Shown in pieces: positions 58,430-64,000 of a stretch of DNA of 64,000 nt (positions are counted from its first letter, which is position 1; each line of letters starts with the position of its first letter). Position numbers and translations under genes: made by a program. The notes beneath the pieces were generated by a model. It ran no database searches, was not told the origin of the DNA, and saw nothing but the letters and a program-made list of their open reading frames with translations. Source of the DNA: an uncultured virus (IMG/VR IMGVR_UViG_3300042307_001070) (lineage: Duplodnaviria; Heunggongvirae; Uroviricota; Caudoviricetes); IMG/VR virus record IMGVR_UViG_3300042307_001070. One strand, 5' to 3'.

Positions 58430-58500
58430 GGTCCATTGGTGAAATATTATCATATCTGACTGTCTATCAGAAGTCCTCGGAGAGTAACCGGGATGAACCG
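58430..58500 (+). tRNA. tRNA-Asp(GTC)
   Basis: TCTGA-CT-GTC-TA-TCAGA; G discriminator; atypical T-loop. Confidence 0.75.
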
Positions 58501-58522
58501 CACAAAGTGTTCTTTTAAAATA

Positions 58523-58663
58523 TTGATAGTGGTTTTCCCCACCTCAACGGATGTCGACAATCCAGAGTGGATCAGGAATTCAGCACCCTTTCTGCCGGGG
58601 CCCTGATAAAAGTCAGAAGAAGCAGTTAAGATTGGAGCGAGACGGGTACTCCATCACTATCAA
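58523..58663 (+). ncRNA. Candidate ~140-nt structured RNA
   Basis: TTGATAGTG/CACTATCAA closing helix right after a boxA-like site. Confidence 0.5.
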
Positions 58664-58670
58664 CATATTT

Positions 58671-58733
58671 AGTCAGGTGGCGGAAGGGTAAACGCACTAC
58701 AATCAGCAACAGGTTCGAGTCCTGTCCTGACTA
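58671..58733 (+). ncRNA. tRNA-like RNA (AGTCAGG acceptor), vestigial anticodon arm
   Basis: AGTCAGG/CCTGACT, D-arm, ACAGG-TTCGAGT-CCTGT. Confidence 0.6.
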
Positions 58734-58772
58734 CGTGGGAAAGATCTATCCCGAAAACAGAACATGGATCAC

Positions 58773-58868
58773 AAACACGTAAACCTAAGTACCTGTACAG
58801 CGGTGAGTAACGGGCTAAGTTATATACAATTCCTCGGAGCTGGGAGTAGAATGCTTAGGAGCGTGTTT
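58773..58868 (+). ncRNA. Candidate structured RNA
   Basis: AAACACG/CGTGTTT and CCTAAGTA/TGCTTAGG helices. Confidence 0.45.
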
Positions 58869-58959
58869 TTAAAATATAAAAAACTATGACACCATTATTG
58901 TTGATATTATTTATTATGTTTATCTTTGTAGTAAGAAAAAGAAGATAAAATTATTGGTT

Positions 58960-59075
58960 GGTCAGGAGTGTAATGAGGCACGGTGCCGAGTCCCCAAGAC
59001 CAATAGTCCCAGACACTTGTGGGTTCTATGGAGTCGTAAGGTTGCTCATTGTGGGTTCGACTCCCACCCTGACAT
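58960..59075 (+). ncRNA. tRNA-like RNA (GTCAGG acceptor) with enlarged central domain
   Basis: GTCAGG/CCTGAC; GTGGG-TTCGACT-CCCAC T-arm; ~65-nt insert where the anticodon arm would be. Confidence 0.55.
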
Positions 59076-59240
59076 CACCGGTTACTTGATTCCTGGTAGT
59101 AGAGTAACAACCATTGGGGAATTCGGGATGTCCCGCGAATGGTGGTGTAAGATAAGAGGAACTTACAACGGTAGAGTACCATAAACAAAAGAAACAAGAC
59201 GTAGAGGTGACTCTGCGTTGGCGCAAATCTCTACCAACTT

Positions 59241-59332
59241 AGTCAGGTTGGTACAAGGTCGGTTCGAGTCCGATGGAAGGTCATGGATGTCGGGTAGCTC
59301 CCTGTAGAGAGGTTCGATTCCTCTCCTGACTA
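59241..59332 (+). ncRNA. tRNA-like RNA (AGTCAGG acceptor) with two T-loop hairpins
   Basis: AGTCAGG/CCTGACT; TCGG-TTCGAGT-CCGA and AGAGG-TTCGATT-CCTCT. Confidence 0.55.
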
Positions 59333-59371
59333 CACTTGACATTATTAAATTAATGTCTTATTATTATACAA

Positions 59372-59445
59372 AACCGGGTAGCTCAGCTGGTAGAGCAATC
59401 CTTTTTAAACAGGACGTGTCATTGGTTCAATCCCTTTCCCGGTTT
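59372..59445 (+). tRNA. Pseudo/atypical tRNA with 8-nt anticodon loop TTTTAAAC
   Basis: AACCGGG/CCCGGTT, canonical D-arm, weak T-stem; own TTGACA-N17-TATTAT promoter (59336-59364). Confidence 0.55.
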
Positions 59446-59469
59446 TTTTATTTATAAAATTAAAATATT

Positions 59470-59676
59470 ATGAAAAAGTTTCTTTTATTGGTTTTGTCTT
59501 ATGTTCTGTCATTCAGTATTGTTTGGGTTGGTTTGGGGTTGTTCAAATACTATTTGGAATCAGAATCATCAATCGGAACTTTTTTAATTGGATTAGTTGG
59601 TTTTTTCGTTGCCATTAATCCTGCTATGGATGTTTGGGAAAAATTATTCAAACGCTGGTTTAAAATCAAAGAATAA
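59470..59676 (+). CDS. Small two-TM membrane protein
   Basis: Two hydrophobic segments. Confidence 0.6.
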   Translation: MKKFLLLVLSYVLSFSIVWVGLGLFKYYLESESSIGTFLIGLVGFFVAINPAMDVWEKLFKRWFKIKE

Positions 59677-59860
59677 TAATTTAATAGTATGATCCACTCA
59701 AGAGGAGTGTTGGAACGGAGTTTGTTAATCTATTTATAAAAAAAAAACACTATGGAAGTAATTATCGCATGTTTAGTACCGATCGCGTTGATAGGTATTA
59801 TGGTAGTATCTTATTTGACCTACAAGGGGAGATAAAAAAAGGGACCGAAGTCCCTTTATG

Positions 59861-60469
59861 TTATTTAATGTCTGTTGACTCTATTAGAGTATATGAAAAC
59901 TTGTTTCCGTGAATTTTAGATGCCTTCTTACATAAAGACATAAACACATCAAAGTCTTTTACTCTTTTAAATACTTGACAACCCTCACTCCAATTTTCAA
60001 CCCACTGTGAGTCTTGACCTGCTTTGTGGATGTTAATACCAAAAATACCAGTATCGGTTTTTGTTTCTTCAAAAATAAGATCTTTGTTTGCATCTCTCCA
60101 TACAGTTACATTTCCTAATCTTTGACAAAGAGCTTCATATTTTCCTTGATGTAAATCAATTTTCCATACACCTCTGTACTGACCCGGTACTAATCTTGCA
60201 ACACCATTTTTGTTATGGAATTGTTGAACACCCTTTTTACCTGGATCACATGTTGCCATCCAACAATAGTATTGCCAAGCACCTTTTTCATCTTTAAATG
60301 ATAATGTTAGATGATCGTCAAACACATTGGTCACTTTTTTATAAACCGCTGGTGACGTGTTTCTTACTCCTACGATATTCACATCGTAACTTTTGTTGTT
60401 TGCGTCTTCAAACCAAACATACCCTTTGGCTTTTACGGCAGCCTCAACCTGTTCTCTTGTGTAACTCAT
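59861..60469 (-). CDS. Putative peptidoglycan-active enzyme (YkuD/L,D-transpeptidase-like)
   Basis: FGINIH..WSEGCQV His/Cys motif. Confidence 0.6.
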   Translation of the reverse strand: MSYTREQVEAAVKAKGYVWFEDANNKSYDVNIVGVRNTSPAVYKKVTNVFDDHLTLSFKDEKGAWQYYCWMATCDPGKKGVQQFHNKNGVARLVPGQYRGVWKIDLHQGKYEALCQRLGNVTVWRDANKDLIFEETKTDTGIFGINIHKAGQDSQWVENWSEGCQVFKRVKDFDVFMSLCKKASKIHGNKFSYTLIESTDIK

Positions 60470-60547
60470 AATAATTAATTTTGATTATAAATATTGTGAT
60501 TTTTGAAAAGTAAATAGGTTTTTTAAGGTATTGTCATATTTATTAAT

Positions 60548-62167
60548 ATGAAATATCGTTTAAGAATAAAAATAACATTAGTTATCGCCGCTTTACTAAT
60601 GATTGCATTTATGTGTGTTAAAATTGCGGTTCTTATTGGGTTACGAGAATCTACAGAAACAACTAGATGGCTAGAATTTTTTGGGGTTATTTCTCTCATC
60701 CCTATATCTGCGTTATTAATTAAAGACTTTATCAATTCCACTAAAGATACTGTATCTAAAGAATCGGTGGATAAATTGGTAGAATTAAAACATTTCTTAG
60801 ATTCTTCTTCCATCATATCTAAAGCTGATGCAAAAGGAAAGATTACATACGTTAATCAAAAATTTACCGAAATCTCAGGTTATTCATTAGAAGATGTTCT
60901 TGGTAAAGACCACAATATTGTAAATTCTGGAACACACCCAAAAGAGTTTTGGTCTAATATGTATAAAACTGTTGTTGTGAATAAGGGTCTTTGGAATGAG
61001 GTTTGTGTCAATAGGGCAAAAGATGGAAGTCTTTATTATGTGGATACTTTTATTAAATGTAGTTTTGATGAAAACGGTAAATTGTTAGAGTTTATGTCAA
61101 TTCGTCAAGACTTAACTTCTTTAAAAAAGACTGAACAAGAAATATCAAATAGAATGAATGCGATTAACAGATCAAATGCCGTTATTGAATTTGATTTAGA
61201 TGGTAACATAAAATTTGCAAATGATTTATTTTTAAGTACTTTAGGTTATGATTCGCACGATGAACTTGTTGGAAAACATCATAGTATATTTGTTGAAGAT
61301 GTGGTAAAAGACTCTGAAGAATATTCAAACTTTTGGAAAACTTTAAAAGGTGGTCAATTCTTTATGGGTGAAATCATTAGAAAGAAAAAAAACGGATCTT
61401 TAATTTATCTCCAAGCGACATATAACCCCATCATAGGAACCGATGGGAAACCATATAGAGTAATGAAAATCGCCACTGACATCACCCAAAGTATTAATCA
61501 ACAAATGGAGATTGAAAAGAAAAATACCTATTTAGAGCATGCCGCAAAGATATTAAGACACGATATGCACTCTGGTATTAATACATATATGCCAAGAGGA
61601 TTAAGCTCTTTAGAACGAAGATTAACTCCTGAAGATATAAAAAATTTAAAAATAGAATCCCCACTTAGAATGATTAAAGAAGGTTTAAAACATTCTCAAA
61701 AAGTATATAAAGGGGTTTACGAATTTACCAATTTGGTTAAAAGAGATGTTGTTTTAAATAAAGCGGAATGTGATTTAAAATTAATCCTATCTGATTATCT
61801 ATCATCTACTGCATATATTAGTCAAGTTATTATAGATGAGTTACCAACTATTGAGGTAAACGAAGCACTATTTTGTACTGCGGTTGATAACTTGATTAGA
61901 AACGGTTTAAAGTATAATGATTCGGATTCTAAATTTGTTAAAATAACTTCAGACGAGAATTATGTTTACATTCAAGATAATGGTAGAGGAATCACACAAG
62001 AAGATTTTGATCACCTATGTAAACCATATACCAGAAAAGAAGGACAAAAAGAATCTGGCACTGGTTTGGGTTTAAATATTTGTGTTGCTATATTAGAAGA
62101 ACACGGGTTTAATATTACCTGTGAGAAAAATGAAATAGGAACAAAAATGAAAATAAAAATAAAATAA
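60548..62167 (+). CDS. Membrane-anchored PAS-PAS sensor histidine kinase
   Basis: Two N-terminal TMs; two PAS/PAC domains; H-box LRHDMHS; NLIRNGLKYN, DNGRGI, GTGLGL. Confidence 0.92.
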   Translation: MKYRLRIKITLVIAALLMIAFMCVKIAVLIGLRESTETTRWLEFFGVISLIPISALLIKDFINSTKDTVSKESVDKLVELKHFLDSSSIISKADAKGKITYVNQKFTEISGYSLEDVLGKDHNIVNSGTHPKEFWSNMYKTVVVNKGLWNEVCVNRAKDGSLYYVDTFIKCSFDENGKLLEFMSIRQDLTSLKKTEQEISNRMNAINRSNAVIEFDLDGNIKFANDLFLSTLGYDSHDELVGKHHSIFVEDVVKDSEEYSNFWKTLKGGQFFMGEIIRKKKNGSLIYLQATYNPIIGTDGKPYRVMKIATDITQSINQQMEIEKKNTYLEHAAKILRHDMHSGINTYMPRGLSSLERRLTPEDIKNLKIESPLRMIKEGLKHSQKVYKGVYEFTNLVKRDVVLNKAECDLKLILSDYLSSTAYISQVIIDELPTIEVNEALFCTAVDNLIRNGLKYNDSDSKFVKITSDENYVYIQDNGRGITQEDFDHLCKPYTRKEGQKESGTGLGLNICVAILEEHGFNITCEKNEIGTKMKIKIK

Positions 62168-62185
62168 AAAACAAAAAAGAAAAAA

Positions 62186-62623
62186 ATGATTGATTCAATT
62201 TTATTAGTAGATGATGAGGATTTATTCCATTTGGTATTTGAAGACGCTTGTTCGTTACTTGACATAAGTTTGTCTTTAAATGCGTTAAATAGTTCTGACG
62301 AGGCAGCAAAACTATTTCAAAAATGGTTCCAGGATGGTGACAATAATGATAAACCTGAATGTGTGTTTGTTGACTTAAACATAATTGGTAGTTCTTTTGA
62401 TGGTATAGAGTTAATTAGAAAAGTTAATTTTGAATATGGTAATCACGTAGTTATTGGTATCATATCATCATCAAACGAACCGGAAGAACAAGCAAAAGCG
62501 CTCCAGGCTGGTGCTCAATTCTGGATTATTAAATCAGATGATATTGAACCTCGTTTAGAAGAGTTTAGAAAAGATTATGACGGTTACAAAAATAGAACCT
62601 TACCTTTTAAAGTATATAAATGA
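62186..62623 (+). CDS. Single-domain response regulator (receiver)
   Basis: LLVDDE, FVDLN phosphoacceptor, ISSS, IIKS. Confidence 0.9.
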   Translation: MIDSILLVDDEDLFHLVFEDACSLLDISLSLNALNSSDEAAKLFQKWFQDGDNNDKPECVFVDLNIIGSSFDGIELIRKVNFEYGNHVVIGIISSSNEPEEQAKALQAGAQFWIIKSDDIEPRLEEFRKDYDGYKNRTLPFKVYK

Positions 62624-63294
62624 TAAAGTTAGATAAAAATAGTGAAGAAAAGTTAATAAACCTACTTGAGTCCAAGAACATTGGACTTGAGGGGAATGTT
62701 ATAAAGTTGATTGAATCGGACAACGATTCGTTTAAAGACTATTTAAAAAAATGTACGGATAAAGATAAAGATTCTAGACGAAAACGATTAGAGATTACTA
62801 AAAAAATACAATTACAAAACAATGAATTATCTGATCTAAACGAACAGAATCAAAAAATGATGGAAGATCTTCAGTCCACACTAAAAGAGGCTGAAGAACA
62901 AAAAGTAAAGATTGAAGGGCAAAACGGAGAGTTGATTAATTGGAGAGAAGAGAACGAAAAGATTCAACAGGAACTACAAAAGGAGATGATTAAATCTGAA
63001 ACCGCAAGAATACGTGCGGAGGAAGCAAAAACAAACGCAATCAACGATCTTGACATACTTCAAAAGAAAAACCAAACAGAACTTATATCAACAATTGTTA
63101 GAGTTGCTCTTTATATTATTGTTGGTGTTGGTATTGTTACTACCGGAGTTTATGTATTCACTCTTGTTATGGGTAAAGACACACAAGTTATTAGTGCTGC
63201 TTGGTCTAACATATTTGGTATACTTCTAACAAACGCATTCTCAATAGTAGGAACCATTATGGGTATTAAATACGCAACAGAAAATAAACAATAA
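62620..63294 (+). CDS. Coiled-coil protein with two C-terminal TM helices
   Basis: ATGA-coupled to the receiver gene; long coiled coil, two TMs. Confidence 0.7.
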   Translation: MIKLDKNSEEKLINLLESKNIGLEGNVIKLIESDNDSFKDYLKKCTDKDKDSRRKRLEITKKIQLQNNELSDLNEQNQKMMEDLQSTLKEAEEQKVKIEGQNGELINWREENEKIQQELQKEMIKSETARIRAEEAKTNAINDLDILQKKNQTELISTIVRVALYIIVGVGIVTTGVYVFTLVMGKDTQVISAAWSNIFGILLTNAFSIVGTIMGIKYATENKQ

Positions 63295-63305
63295 AACAAA
63301 AACGT

Positions 63306-64000
63306 ATGTTATTAAAAGTAGGATCTACAGGAGAAGATGTAAAAAAACTCCAAACAAAATTAGGATTAACCGCTGATGGTTCTTTTGGACCTAAAACTGA
63401 AACGGTGGTAAAAGAATGGCAAACTAAAAACGGATTAACCGCTGATGGTATTGTTGGTGACGGTACTTGGTCTAAAATGTTCGGGACAACTCAAGTAGTA
63501 AAAGAAGATGTTGTGATTACACCGGTAACAGGATTGAATATTGAAAAACTAAAAGGTCACATTCCTGATGTTGTTATCGCACAGATTCCTGAAACCGCAA
63601 AAAAATTTAATATCACAACTAACTTGAGACTTGCTCACTTCTTATCACAATGCGGTCACGAGTCAGGAGGTTTTAAGGCGGTATCAGAAAATTTAAATTA
63701 TTCTGCCGACGGATTAAAAAGAACGTTTGGTAAATACTTTCCTGGTAACTTGGCTGAATCATACGCAAAACAACCTGAAAAGATCGCATCAAGAGTCTAT
63801 GCTGACCGTATGAGTAACGGAAACGAAGCGTCAAAAGAAGGATATAAATTTAGAGGTAGAGGATACATCCAATTAACAGGTAAAGGAAACTACACCAGTT
63901 TTACAAAATTTATCGGTGAAGATTGTGTTGCGAACCCTGACTTAGTTGCAACTAAATACCCATTGGCATCTGCGGCATTTTTCTTTGACTCAAACAAACT
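63306..64000 (+). CDS. Endolysin: PG-binding domain + GH19 (3' partial, absent from track)
   Basis: LLKVGSTGEDVKKLQ..ADGSFGPKT..ADGIVGDGT; AHFLSQCGHESGGF..ENLNYS..FRGRGYIQLTG. Confidence 0.9.
   Translation, partial: MLLKVGSTGEDVKKLQTKLGLTADGSFGPKTETVVKEWQTKNGLTADGIVGDGTWSKMFGTTQVVKEDVVITPVTGLNIEKLKGHIPDVVIAQIPETAKKFNITTNLRLAHFLSQCGHESGGFKAVSENLNYSADGLKRTFGKYFPGNLAESYAKQPEKIASRVYADRMSNGNEASKEGYKFRGRGYIQLTGKGNYTSFTKFIGEDCVANPDLVATKYPLASAAFFFDSNK

Noticed and set aside
52990..59226. Short track ORFs overlapping tRNAs (e.g. 53564, 53583, 54461, 54977, 57206, 57546, 58954)
   Set aside because: Shadow frames of tRNA and ncRNA genes
1..64000. Stop-codon reassignment (alternative genetic code)
   Set aside because: Long genes are intact in the standard code and TAA, TGA and TAG all end genes; no clean suppressor tRNA

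Overview
AT-rich segment of a large (jumbo-type) tailed-phage genome, probably infecting a Bacteroidota host, judged from recurrent TTTG..TAnnTTTG promoters, an RpoD-type sigma factor and an Hc1-like protein. The standard genetic code fits. Left to right: virion/tail genes; recombination and replication genes (RuvC-like resolvase, primase, PD-(D/E)XK nuclease, SbcD/SbcC, HNH); a Type IIG-like R-M pair; sigma70; DnaJ; two more DNA methyltransferases; a degenerate MetK homologue; a DHH phosphoesterase; a ~930-nt highly structured ncRNA; a family of proteins sharing an N-terminal 'RLTESDL..IV..VIKE' module; two tRNA arrays that, with a separate tRNA-Arg, cover all 20 amino acids and are mixed with aberrant tRNA-like and other structured RNAs; and a PAS histidine kinase/receiver pair between two cell-wall hydrolases. 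The best candidate for an undescribed system: each tRNA array is preceded by a short leader ORF plus an intrinsic terminator. The leader's last codons are complementary to the terminator's 5' arm, and its codon content matches the tRNAs of the array it precedes. This suggests a ribosome-stalling attenuator that senses tRNA shortage and switches on replacement phage tRNAs. The ORF track lists 18791..19168 as '+', but it is encoded on the '-' strand. All calls are from reading by eye; no searches were run.
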